DNA of 63,949 nucleotides, counting the filler, from Reclinomonas americana ATCC 50394 (taxonomy: Eukaryota), in assembly GCA_048213135.1 (NCBI GenBank). It is 8 parts of 4 records of this genome, joined end to end, with 100 filler letters (N's around TTAATTAATTAA, not from the genome) between each part and the next. Parts side by side here need not be neighbours in the genome. Positions count along the whole stretch, not along the records: positions 21,601 to 43,266 come from PS015133.1; 7 more parts are not named here. One strand, 5' to 3'. Position 1 is the stretch's first letter; the number at the start of each line of letters is the position of its first letter. The notes beneath the pieces were generated by a model. That model was not told the origin of the DNA, made no database searches, and saw only the letters and a program-made list of their open reading frames with translations. Made by a program: the position numbers and the translations under genes. Shown here piece by piece: positions 25,680-39,300 of this stretch.

Positions 25680-26492
25680 AGCCAGCGCGTCACTGCAGAT
25701 GAGCTTGTTGGCTTCGTCGTAGCGCAGGTCGCAGCGCATGCCGCGTATGTTGCGCTGTACCGCCACCGTCTGCTGCGTGAACTCGTGATTCACGCCCAAC
25801 ACTCGCCGCTGCCGCTCCATGGTGTCGTCCAGCAACCGCAAGCTCTCCTCCAGGTTCTTCATGCCACTGACGGCCGCCAAGTCCTCCGCCAGGAAGAACG
25901 CATTCGCCAGTGACAACATGTGATCGTGGCCCAGCGCACGACGCCGTCCCGCCAGAGCCATTCGGCGGAAACCCACCGCCTGCTCCGTCTTGCGCGTCTC
26001 CTCGCACACCTCCGCCAGTGTCTGCATCACCGACAATGTGTGATCATCATCGGCCGGAAGCGCTCTCATCATTTGTGGCAGCAGCTTGCTCAGCACAGCA
26101 AACGCCTCGTCACACCGCTGCTCCTTGAACAGCGCCGTGCCCAAGTTGGAGGTCAACAAGAGCGTCATCAGGTGGTCCTCGCCACACACACGCCTATTGC
26201 GCTCCAACGTGTCCTCGATCAGTGGCAACGCGCGACTGTAGTTCTCGAGGCGGAGGTATACATGAATCAGTGCGCGTGCGGCGTGGAGCGTGTCCTCGTG
26301 GTCGGCGCCATGCAGCTCCTTGAAGAGGCGCATGCATTTCGTGTAGGCCTGCGCGGCCTCGTGCAAGTCGCAGGCCGCCAGCGAGCGCCTCGCCTTCTCG
26401 CACAACTCCTCGGCTTCGGCCAAACGGCGAGCGTTGGGCGGTGAGGAGGAGGCGGCCGCGGAGGGCGACGCTTTCGACTTGCGTTTCGACAT
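25680..26492 (-). CDS. Intronless TPR-like repeat region; probably the 5' part of kinase-RING copy 2
   Basis: Repeats HGADHEDTL, CGEDHLMTL, LGHDHMLSL, LGVNHEFT. Open into the gap. Confidence 0.8.
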
Positions 26493-26991
26493 GTGCAAAG
26501 GGGTCAAATTAGCTCGCGAAGACTCTCTCTGTCCGTGAGAGAAAAGGCGGGTCGAGGGAGATGAGGAAGGCGAATAGGTGTGCGGAGGCAAGAAGCTTGC
26601 AGAGGGAGAGGAAAGACGAGGGAGAGAATATGCGATCGTCGACGTCGATCATGGATTCGCAATTCGTGATCAGGATTGTTCCTCAAGAGCATATGCAACT
26701 TGCCACGGTACAGATGCATGTAAGAAGCTACACTGAAGCTTGCACGTACGCTGGAACACACAGATTCTCGTCACAGCGACTCCTGTATTTCGGATCCGGA
26801 TTCATTGTCGACGTCGACTTCGAATTCGAAATCGAGTTTCTTGCCTCTGCCATGGCCACACCTGCGCACGTGCATTCTTCTCTCAATTCTTAAGCTCTCC
26901 CTTGATGACCACTTGAGTAACTTCTCTCTGCAGCCCGCAGTGTCCGTCGGAAATTTAAAACACGTTTTGTCCAATTTCGTAATTGGTTGCA

Positions 26992-27295
26992 ATGTCGAGA
27001 GTGTTTGTCGCTCTCTCGCTGTCTCTCTTTGTGTTGTTGTTGCTGGCGGTGGTGTCAGTCGCGGAGGCCAAGTCGACTTGGTCGTCCGATCTGCCGATTG
27101 TGGTGGTGTATGCTGCGAAGCCGCCTGCTGATAGTTGAGTGAGAGTGAGTGAGAGAGAGAGAGAGAGAGAGAGAAAATGGGAAAGAGAGTGTGTGAGAGA
27201 GAGAGAGTGGATGGGAAAGAGAGCACGAGAGAGTGTGTGAGAGAGTGTGTGAGAGAGGGTTATAGGATTTACGTGTATGCATGACAGTGAGCGAG

Positions 27296-27330
<35 letters not shown>

Positions 27331-30210
27331 GTGTGTGTGTGCGAGTGAGTGTGAGAGAGACACTGGGGTGATTGGAGGAATGGCATCTTGTTGCTCACAG
27401 TCTCGTCTTGGCAAGGAAGAGAGATTGACTGAGAGATTGGGTGATTGCCTTGGTTACAGGTGCCATTGAGAGAGAGGGAGAGAGAGAGGCAAAGAGTCTC
27501 GTGCTCACTCCTCCCACTCTCCCTCTCCTGCTTATAGAGACGTTTGTACCCGCGCGATGGAGCGTAATTGACAATGGCGATGGGAAACGCAATCACTTGG
27601 ACGACACTCCGGCGTGGGGTGATGAGTCGGCGCGTGTTCGTCTGCGTGGCGAGTACACGGTGAAGTTGCGTAGAGAGGGGAGGAGAGGGAAGGGGATGTG
27701 CTACTCTTCCTCTGCCTCCTCTTTCCAGTAAGGAAGAAACGGAGTGTTCTCTCCGTGAGACAATTCTGTGCTTCTTGCCGTCTCCTCGCTCTTCATTCTC
27801 TGCTGGCTTCGACGGAGCTTCTCCCATCCATGTCCTCTTTCCGACGTAGAAGAGAGACGAAGTTTCATTCTTTGCCATTCCTCTCATCTCGCTTCTCAGC
27901 TTTCCCAAGAACAACTACGGCCTGAAGCTGTCCAGCGACCACGAAATGCTCGGCATGCCCAAGGACAGCTCGTGGGCCCTCTACGGCGTGTACTCGGTGA
28001 GGTGTGCGCCTTGTGATGTGCTGTGCATGCGATTCTCATTGCATTCGTTCCTCGACTCCCCGCACAGGACAAGACCCTCGTGCGCAACAAGTTCATGATG
28101 TCGATTGCTGCAAAGGTACTTGCTTTATGTGCACTCCCGATTGAAATCTTGTCACGCTCACTTCTGGCGGCACGTTGCAGATGGGCTACTACAGCTCTCG
28201 CATGCGTGCTGTGGAGCTGTTCTTCTGTGCCCCAGACTCCAAATCTCCGGCCGAGTCGGATTATTGGGGTGAGACCGTTTCAGTTTAGATGCATCGGAGA
28301 TGGTTGGTCCATTCTCACATGCTCCGGCAGGCGTGTACTACGTAATGGAAACGCCGGACCGCGGCTCGCACCGCGTCGACATCAAGGCACTGCATCCGGA
28401 GGTGAGTAATGCGAGAGAGAGAGAGAGAGGCCAGCCGCATTGTCGTTGTTGATGAGTGACGATTGCCAAAAGGATGACACGGACGGCACGAAAATCTCCG
28501 GCGGCTACATTATCAAAGTAAGGGAGGGTGTCTCGCTCGTCTTGCTTGCCTGTGGATTGACATGTGGTCCAGCACGATGCCATCAACGCCGGCGACATTT
28601 GGTTCACGACAAATAGTGGTCGCAACTTTACGCTCTCCTATCCCGGCGACTCTACCACCGATGCTGAATTGAGCTACATCAAGGTGAGAAAGGATTCCGA
28701 CTCGCACGTCAACCCGTCGGCAGTAGCTGGTTGTGCGGTCTCCGAAACGTGTGTCTGTTCTCGGCTTCCTTCTCTCTCACTCTCACTTTCTCGGAATGCG
28801 TGCTCGGAGACGGAGCTCCACCTGTAAACACGAAGAGAGAGGCAGGCAGGCTGGCTGGCTAACAGCGAGAGAATGAGAGAGAGTGGTGCTCGGTAACGGG
28901 TATCACACTGCAACCTCTGTTCGTCTCTCTCACGACCGTCTTTCTCTCTTCCTCTCTCTACTCTCCGGCTCCCTTCGATTGTTGTCTGTCTTTCTCTATC
29001 TCTCCATCTTCCCTCTATTCCCCCCTCTCTCTGTGCCTGCTATCTGTTTTGGCTCTCTCTCTCTGTGCCTGTCTGTCTGTCTCTCGTTCTCATGTTCTCA
29101 AGTTCCCATCTCTTCCCCCCTCCTCTCTCTCCCTCCATCTCGCCCCCCTCCCCTTCCCCCTTCCCCCTTCCCCCTTCCCCTCCCTCCCATTCACCCCTCC
29201 CTTTCCCTCACGTCCCCCCTCGCAGGGCTACTACAACGGCCTCGAAGCAGTGATCCTTGACCCGCAGTACACCACCAAGTACTACTCGTGGATCGACGTG
29301 CCGTCATTTGTTGACACCATCATCTTCAACGAGCTGACTAAGGACCGCGACAGTTATCTGGTTCGTGTGTGTGTGTCGCGCATGCTTCTCCCTTCCCCCC
29401 TTTGTCTTTCCCCCTCACGAGAGTGTGTGTTCGACAGCGCAATACTCTGTACTACAAGGACCGCGACTCGGTGCTCGTGTCGGGGCCAGTTGCGTGGCCG
29501 TCGAAGCAATTGTGTGTGCACTGCTGCTGTGTCTCACTCTCCATCGCCAGCTGTGGGACCGCGAAGATGGCCTGTACAATGGTGTGTGGACACGTGACCA
29601 ATGCACTTCCCCCATTGATATTCACTACCTTCCTCCCCCTCACAGTCAACAAGACAACACCGTTTACGCACAGCTGCCATTATTATGATGTGCGCATCCC
29701 TCCCATTGCTTACATCACCACTTTCCTCCTCACTCTGCCTGATGTTGCGCAGTTCACGTGGCCCATGGTGTGGCCGCAACCGGCAGGCATGGATCGCCGC
29801 TTCCCGATCTGGTATGAGCCAGCCTGCTCTTCATTTGGCATTCGCCCCCCTGTCTCACATCGCCCGACTCCAGGTGGCCGCGTCTGTATCTCGATCCCGT
29901 GTTTGCCCGCCGGCTGCAAACACGCTGGCAAGAGCTGCGTGCACCCGGTGGCGTTCTTTCCGACGAGAACGTCCTGGGCCTGATTGACGAGCTGACCGGA
30001 GTGGTCAACGAGGCGCAGGCGCGCAACTTTGTGCGCTGGAACATTCTCGGTCGCAACTTTAACAATCAATGTGAACCGACGCCGCTTACGTGGCTCGGTG
30101 AAGTGGAGAATCTGCGCGCCTGGCTCGTGAACCGGTGCGAGTGGCTGGATGCGCACATTGTGCCCAGCTCATCGGCGCCTTTGCGCGGTAATTCACGTGA
30201 AAGTGAATAG
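26992..30210 (+). CDS. cotH: Secreted CotH-family atypical protein kinase, about 13 exons
   Basis: Signal peptide, then SSDLPIVVV, RLRGEYTVNFPKNNY, MLGMPKDSSWAL, DKTLVRN, YWGVYYVME, GGYIIK, NELTKDRDSY, GPLWD and RWQELR after splicing. Confidence 0.85.
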
Positions 30211-30313
30211 AACGATGTCGTATCGGCAACATTAAAAGTACACTCTCGTTCACTCTAATCCCACTGCACGGCGACAATAACACAAACACCGAGCAGCCGG
30301 CCATCACAACCCA

Positions 30314-33300
30314 TTACTCCCAGCAGTCTGTGACGCAAGGGAAGAGGTCAGCAGCACAAATACACACTGAAGGTACGACACAGTGCATCATCGACCCACC
30401 ATCTTGATCCACACTTCGCGCTGCAACACACTCGGCAGCTCCCCTCTCCACCTGCGTCAGCGCCTGCATTGCCAACGGCGCTTCCGACTCCTCCTCCTCC
30501 TCGCTTACCAATTCATCCATCGCAGCCAGCGCAGCACTGGCGGCGGCTTGCTCCTGCTCGGCGCACCACCGAACTCCCCACGGCATGGCCATCCACTGCG
30601 CACCAGAGGTTGCCGCTGTTTCGGTGCAGTGGCGCGGGTTAGCAAGCACGGCACTGGACGCATACATTCACCAACAGCGAGGAGGCGTTACCTATCGAAG
30701 CCGAGTCCTCGGTTGGTCGCGGCGGCAATGCCGCAAGCACGACAACCGGCACCGGAGCGTCTACCATCGCCGAAGACTCCTCCGCGACTTGCCGCTCCTC
30801 ACCCATCTCTGCTGCGGCCACTGCCTCAGCAACGTCTTGCTCCTCCTCCTCCTCCATCACCACAGCCGCCGGCGGAGCCACGACCACCACCTCCTCCTCC
30901 ACGTCTTGTTCTTCCACCACCTCCACGTCCTCCACAATCGGAGGCCCGCGATACAACGGCGGTGGCTCCGACTGCACTCCTTCTCCCTCTCCTCCTTGTT
31001 CTTCTTCTTCGCCTGCAGCCGTCGGCTCGTCTCCGAAGAGGACCATATCGATACCCTCCATGTCGATCACGGTCTCCGAGCCTCGCACTGTCGGCGCCGG
31101 CAGGCTGGCAGCAGACTTTTCGTCTTCGTCCTCTTCTTCCACTTCCACCTCCTCCGCCTTCGCCACCTCCTCGTCATCTTCGTTGTCATCCTCACCCGGC
31201 GTCGTTGCTGCCGCCATGGCAGTCGTCGAGCCGGAAGCTGCAGCCGCTGCTCCGGTTCCAGCCGCATGCAAGCCGGCCAAGAAACGACCGACCAGCGGCG
31301 GAGCGTCGTCCTCTGCGTCATCCGAGAAGTGGAGACGCTTGGTGGGTGAGGCTGGCGCCACTCCCGGCACTCCAAGATCGCCAGTGTAGTAGCTCGGCTC
31401 AACCACTTCCTCGCCGGCTGCAAGCAAAAGTCACATGCTTTAGCATCTCATCGCATTCCCCGAACTTCTTCTGTGCAACGTGGCACTCACAAATGACGGC
31501 AGAGAGCCGAGCAATGGCGCGCTCCGTCAACGACGGCGGAGAGTCTGGCGGGACGTCCGACACGCTGTACTGGTGCATACGCTCCGCACCCGACGGTGTC
31601 CAGAGAATTGCCGAGCCCGCTGGTGAGGCAACTGCGTAAAAAAGAGTCAGTCGCAAACTCACGAAAACTAGTTGGAAGCACGCATACTCCGTACCAGTGG
31701 ACGATGGCGACGCAGGAATGCCAGTGGAAAACGGAGACAACGAGCCAACAGATGCTGCCTGCGCACGGGCACGACGGCCTGGTCCCGAACCCGGGTACGC
31801 GGAGAGCGCGTGCGACATGTCGTCGTCCTTGTCGCCGTGCTCCACTGTCACGCGAACCCAACCCTCCTCGTCGGACTCGGCCACAATGCGAGGGTAGTCC
31901 AGAGCTGCCGCCTGCGAGCTGCCCACAGTCTGCTGCTCCTTCTCGCGTCGACGGCGGCGTCGAGCGAGCAGCAGGAGAAGCAGAAGCAGTAGCAGAAGCA
32001 AGAACAAGCCGAGTCCAACACTTAGTCCGATGATCAGTGGCAGCTTGCTCTTGCCTGCAAGTGGTGCATACGCATGAGAATCTGTGGCGAGACGCGAGAA
32101 TCTCCTTGCACTGTTCGCGCACGCAACTTGACGAGCCAGAGTTGGAGGCTCCGTTATTGGACGATCCCACAGACACTGCGGCGGTGATGACAAAACTGTC
32201 GCTTGTGTCGGCCAGGTACGACGACGTGGACGAGAGAGCGCGTTGGATCGAAGCATCCGACTGAATCAAGAGGCACGCAATGTAATTGCCAGTGGCAGTC
32301 AACCGCATTGTCATCACCATTTGAGACACATCACTGAAGAGAGACACTGCGTGAGTGTTGCTGGATCGACGAGGGACGGGGTGAATGGAAAGGGTGTGTG
32401 CGTGCGTGACGCAACGTCTGCGTGCCGTTGTTCGGCAGAGTTTCGTAGGTTAGGGAGCCACTGACTGCAGTGACGGCTTGCGACAACATCGCGTCGGTGA
32501 CATTGGCGCACGAACTGACTCCCATGGTCACGGGGATCAGCATCGGCACATCGACGGCGCGCAGTGTGGTACCACCAATAGTCAACCGGGTATCGTCGTT
32601 GATAGCCACCAGCAGCGGCTCCACGTGCAGAACGTCCGGAGCTGCGGGCAGGGTCAGCACGGTCGAAGGCGGGGAGAGCAACGCTCTCTCTTTCTTGTCC
32701 ATCTCTCCATCTCGCTCTCTTTCCACTCTGCGCACGCAACTGTTCACATTGAACGCCCCGCTGCTCAGACCAACGACACGACCGCTGGACAGCTGCTGCC
32801 AGCCAGCGTGTCGCACGCACAGTTTCCAGGTTGTAGAGCCCTCGGGGCGCACCAGCGGGAAGCGCGCCTCGGTGCCCGACACAAATGTTGGCTGAACACT
32901 GATCGGCTGGTCCACCAGCGCACCATCGCAGAGCGACACTGCTCGCTCAGAAACCCTGCACGCATGCGCATACACCACCAGTTCAGGTGTGCTATACACT
33001 TGGTGAACACAGACAAGACACTCAAACGAACCGAGTTTGCCGAGCTCCCGACTGCACATACACAAAGTACTGATCCCCGGTATTGAGGCCGACACCAGTC
33101 ACCGTGACAATGGAGAGGATGCCCGTGCGCAAGTTGATCGGCGTCACACTTGTCACGCTCGGTGCTGCAACAGGCGAGTGAGCACGGGAGGAGAACTGAA
33201 CGGGGAAAGGGGCGGTGATATGCACTTGCAACAGTGAGCATTTGCGCCAGGGCCACGTAGGGTCGAAGAGGCGATGCACTGCGGTGAAGGAGCAAATGAG

Positions 33301-36300
33301 TCCGCGCGCATCGTACTTTCCCTCTGCCATCATCGTTCTTTGCTCACCGCACGCAAACCACCAGCTGTGCGTACTGAGGCGGCTCTTGAGTTGTGCCGTC
33401 GAGGTTCGGTGTAATGGTGGTTACAGCGGTGACGCCAGCCGAGATCGACACGGTGGCCGGGCGCACCACACGCAAGTTTGTTACGTCGCTGTCCAACGTG
33501 TTATTGGTGGCGGTGCACGGCGACGTGTTTGCTGCCGACCCCGTGGGAGGCAGACGAAGCACAATGTCGACTCCACTCAGCGGCATGGCGACACCCGACA
33601 GTGTGAGTGTCGAGGCCGTGAGGTTGCTGACAGTGAGCGGAGAGATGCTGCCGAATGTCGACTCTGTTTGAAAACATAGTCAGTGAGCCACTTCTGCTGG
33701 AACTTTCTGTGCAAGAAAAAACAACAGACCAGTGACTTGGATGCCATTGCCCGCCACTGGGAGGAAAACGTCGGACCACTGGCTTGGGCTAGCGAGACAT
33801 TTGTCAGGTTAGTCAGATGGGTCACGAACATGCGCAAATCGTTTGCGTCACTGCATACTCACCGAATGCAGAAAAAGTACCGGTTGCCAAGCATCGACGG
33901 TTGCGTAGTAATGGACACAGTGACGCGGGAGCTGTCCGTCGTGTCGACGGTCGGCGTGCCGAGTTGTATCACCGAGGCAAACGTGCTCTTATTTGCGCAG
34001 TCGTCAACGCTTGTCGCCGCCACCAGTTGCACATCTGACGACGCCCAGCCAAAAGAAAAACGGTGAGCAGAGAGTCGACAGCAGAGTCGAGAAGCAGTGA
34101 CACCCACCTGCTGTCAACAGCGAGCCCGACAGTGTGAGAATAGAGGTACCGAAGGGCGAGATCTGCGTCGGCTGGATTGAAGACACGGATCCTGCACACA
34201 ACACACACGTTAGCGTCACGACGTCTCCTCCTCATCTCATTTTTGTCACACCCCGCGTACCAGCACAGGCCGGTCCAAAGGTGCCATTGGTGCACACCGG
34301 CAGTGTCGAGAATGCAAGTGGTGCCGAGAGGCCCGACTTGCCGGCCGCAGTATCGGTGAAACGCACACGCACATACAGCGGTGTGTTGGCAGAGAGCATG
34401 GTCTTGGAGGCGGTCACTGTCACCGACGATCCCGTCGTGCCCGCAAACGGGCCAGTCAAGGGCGGCGACAATGGCAACACCTCGAACGCGCCTGCAAAAG
34501 TGCTGGAAGACGACAACTCAAAGGTGACCGACGTCAACGAGTTCGGCTGCAGGTACACGGTGCTGGTGAAGACGACGCTTGTCGGTCGCACGTTCGACAA
34601 GGTGACAGTGGGCGCTGCGTGGCATTGTGAGTGAGACAGCAACTCCAAGTGACACAGCGATAAAGCCGCGGGTAATGTGACGTACCGATAGAGACGATCA
34701 ATGTGAGCTCGTCCGTAGCGCCGGCGGCGTCTTGCGCTCGGATCGTGACAAAGAGGATCGGTTTGGCGACACCCACCTGCTCCAGCCACAGCTGATTTCC
34801 GCTCCGCAGGCTAAACGCGGCTGCGTCTGCGCCGCCGATAATGGTAAACGTCACCGCCTGACCCACATCGGCGTCCACGTCGACTGCCGACACGGTGCCG
34901 ATGCGAGCGGCGACCGTCGACGGCGGCGTGTACTCGGAGGGCGACAGGAGAATAGCAGAGGGTGGAGTGTTGGTGGCTGCGTAATGAAACGCAGATCAGA
35001 GACGGCAAGGGGAAGTGAACGGAGCACAACACGTCACGAGATGAGAAACGCACCGGAAATGGTAAACGTGACGTCGAGCGTCAGCAGTTGCTTATCGGCC
35101 ACGCGAACAGTGACATTGAGGCGTGGCTTCGTGACATTTGCGCCCTCCAACCACAGCTCGTTCATGTTGCGAATGCTGAAGGAGGCTCCGTCTCCGTCGC
35201 CAGCCACAATCGAGTACGTGCCGACGTCACCCGGATCCGGATCGTTATTTGTCAGAGTGCCAATCTTGACCGGCCCTGTGGACGGGCGGTCGTACACGGC
35301 CGCCGAGATGAACATGGCGGTGGGCGGATCGTTCTGCTCCGGCGTGGTGAATGTGACTGCGTCGCCACCGTAGACGGCCGTGTCGGGTGTGACCGTAATC
35401 GCCCGCACAATATACGTGGTCAACTGCACCAGATTCGTGGGCGTTGCGGTGGCACTGACGGTAGTTCCGGTACTCGCCACGGCTGGCGCTGGTACGACCA
35501 AGTTGGGCGCCATTTGCAAGCGGCGCACAACTTGCACGCCGTCGATCGTGTACTCTGTGCGATTCGTGTTAGGAGAGAAGAACCCATCGAAGCAGCGGAG
35601 AGAGAATTTCCTCACCGGAAAAGTACATGTTGGCGTTGTCGGCAAACACTCCGCCGTACTGTACATGAAAGAAACACCAGGTGAGAAACAACAACTCACC
35701 TGCACAATTCAATACATTAACAAGCAGGCGTACCACCCAGTCAAACACGGCATTGGCGATGGTGCCATCCTGCACGCCGTACACACCGATGCGGCCAGTA
35801 ATGGTGGTCAGCTGATTCGTCCACAGATCAAAGGTGTGGATGCCAGCGTAGTAGTCCTGCGCGAGAGGCGTCAGCGACATTTTCGGGCACAAAATGAGAA
35901 GTGATGAGCAGCCGTGCGCAACATCGACAATGTACAACACCGACTTGTCCGGTCGCAACACGAGACCGACAGCGGAGCCCAGCAGGCCGGCATTGTTGCT
36001 GCCACCAATCGTCAACTGCACTCCGCACGTACCGGCCAGTACTGTCGCCGAGTCGTCATACACGGGCAAACGCATGACGCACGTCGGTCGCGGACCACTG
36101 GACACATAGAGGATGCCGCTATCGGTGTCGAGAGCCACTGCTTGAGGGTTGGTGAAGCGTGCGGCGACGGAGCACTGTCCCGCAGCGTAACCGGCGGTGC
36201 CACGTGCACCGCACATGACCGTCACGTTGGTGCCGTCGGTGTTCAGCGACCTACGAAAGCCGAGGTGAGCACGGCTGCACTGCACAAGCACGCATACGCG

Positions 36301-39300
36301 CCCGTGTGCCAAACTCACCGAACGGCATGCGCATTGGTGTCGGCCACGTATAGCACACCCGCACCCTTGTCCACGGCAATACCGCGCGGCGCTGAAAATG
36401 CTGGCTGCGCACTGTCGTCGGCGCCAACTGTCCACGCCGTTCCAGTGCCGGCCACCGTTGTCGTCTGCTGCGTACTCAAATCGATGCGTCGAACGCAGTG
36501 TGCCTGTCTCATGATACTAGCGAGTGAGCTTCATAATCCACTTTTTGCTACCACAGAATGTTACGAATTCACCTGCGTCACATAGAGGTAGCTGGCGCCG
36601 GCAGATTGCTCAGCGATAGCAACATCATATGGTCTGCGACCACACACGTGGATGGTGAGACAAATGATCACAAGAGCCAGCGCAAACTCACACAAACACG
36701 CAACTGGTTGAATCGAGCGGTGGTGGCATCGCCGTCGACGAGTCCCGCCTGTCCGGTGGTGGAGCCAGCAAAGTGTTGCACGGAGCCAGTGGCGGCAATG
36801 ATCTTGCGCACACGGTGCGAACTGCGGCGAGAATAGGTGAGCGCGCTGCACAGAGCGACTGAAGGAGGAGACAGGCGTGCACGCACCCCAGCTCGACAAC
36901 ATACAAGTTGCCGTTCTTGTCGGCGGTGATGCCCTGCAGAGGAGAAGAATGTCAGTGATGCGCTCGACAAACACACACTGCCGACACCACGAGCCACGCA
37001 ACTCGAGGCACATTGAGCTGCGCATTCGTCTTGATGCCATCGGCCAGGCCAGCATTGCCGCCCACAAACGTATTCACAGACGCCGAAAACGGGTTCGAAG
37101 CACTCGCGAGTGCCAGCTGGAAGTAGTTTGCCGAATCCGCGCTCGCCGTGTTCGCAACTTGCGCAGTGAGCGTGGCCTTGAAGTAGCGAATGTTGGTCAC
37201 CGACGTGACACTGACGGTGGCGGCCAGAGGGGCGGCGAGGGTGGTCAGCGTCTTGGTCGACGCCATGTCCATGATCATGTCGGAGGAGATGGTGGCAGCG
37301 CGGAACGTGTACGTGCTTGAAGGACGCAGAGCGCTAACAGGCGCCGATACCATGGAAGTGACACCGGGAGCGGTGGTCGCCGGCGTCGTCTGCACACGGT
37401 TCGGCAACAGACTGGCACGCTTGACGACGTGCTGGTTGTTGGTCAACGCAAACTCTGCGCATCGTGGTAGAGAGTGAGATAGAGACAAAGAGAGATGGCT
37501 GGCCTGGCTTTTTTCGATGCTCACCAGAAATGTACACCGTAGTCAGCTCAGTGAACACGCCGCCGTACTGTTGTTGCGCAAGAATGACATGAGGCGGAGG
37601 CACGAAGCATCAAAATGTGATTCACGACACGACAAACCACGACATTCAGTTTGGCACCGGGGAAGAACGGGTTGGTAGTGGCCGCCAGTTCGCCAACAAA
37701 TGTGCTCACCAGCCGGCCAGTGAGATCAATCATGCGGATGCCGGGGTAACCAACCTGCACGTGGTGAATGGTGAGCAAAACAAGACAGAGACACACCACA
37801 TCGCGACTCTGTGTACGCAACATCGACAGCGTACAGCATGTCGGTGGACACTGTGTTGAACAGCAGGCTGGACACCTGGCCAAAAGTGGCAACGCCAAAG
37901 TCGCCATTATCAGTTCCGGCCGCGGCACATGTGCCGACGAGGAGCGAGCTGGTTCCAGCAGCCAGGTCGACTCGCACAATGCACGTGTTGGGATTGCCGC
38001 TGCTGACGTAGAGCAAGCGCCTGGTCGCATCAAGCTTGAGGCTGACGGGCGAAGTGAACGACGCCGTGGTCGCGCAGTCTCCCACGGCGGTACCGGCAGA
38101 GCCGCGCTGTCCGCATGCCACGGCAACATTGGAGCCATCCGTGCTCAGTTTCCTGTGAGGAAACATCTGTAAGACACCACACAAGAAACAAGCAACTTTG
38201 CAGAACTCTTCCTTCCTCACCTCACAACGTGCGCCGCCGAGTCCGCCACATACAGAACACCGGCAGCACGATCCACGTCAATGGTGCGCGGGGTGCTGAA
38301 GCGCGGGAACGCGCTGTCGTCGTCGTCGGCCCATGTCGTACCATCGCCGGCCACGGTAGTCGTCGTTTGGTCCGCCACTCCGACTCGACGAACCGAATGC
38401 GACTGCAACGAGATGGCAGTGCGTCAGCGACATGTGTTACAGCGGAAACAGAGATGACAATGGCACGTAACTTGCGTGACGTAGAGATAGGAGGGTCCAT
38501 TTCCAGTCGCAGGCTCCTCAATGGCGATACCAAATGGACTGCAGTAGGAGGATACCGAGTTTAGCAGTCGGATTGCAGTCACATGTGCGAGTGGATAGAC
38601 GCAACGAAGTGAAGCGCGCAGTGGTTGCATCGCCGTTGGCGTCTCCGGCAACGCCAGAAGTTGAGCCGGCGAAATGCGTTACCGCACCCGTCGTCGTGTT
38701 GACCTTGCGCACGCGATGTGTGCTGAAACGCATTATGAGACAGTCATGACACCATGTAGACAAATAGTACTTCAAGAAACAGTGCAGTCACTCACCCATT
38801 TTCAACAACATACAGATTGCCATTCTTGTCCGCGGCAATGCACTGTTGCACAAACGCAATTGCGGTAAGTAGACTGTGGACGGCCTGTCACTTATTCAAC
38901 AAAGCGCGACGCAACTCGAGGCTGTGAAAACTGCGCTGTGCGCTTGATGCCATCTTTCAGGCCTTGCGCACCGCCTGCATACACTTCGACAGTGGGTGCC
39001 AGCGACGCCGCGTCGCGACCAAATTGGAGCCAGTTGGCCGCCGTCAACAGGCCGTCGACAGACACGCGCACAGTGCCGTTGATGGTCGCCGAGGTGGTCG
39101 TAATCCCACTGGCGTTGTTCGTGGCAGCGTTCAGAACCTTGTCGGTGGTGAACGTGACGGTGGAGCCGCTAACGAGGGCGCGCTTGGAGATGGCGGCGGC
39201 GCGGTACTTGTACGAGGTGGAGGGCTTCATGGCCGACACACTGGCCGACAGTTGCGCAGTGGTGCTGGCGGCCGTGGTGGCCGGCGTGGCCGCGATGCGG

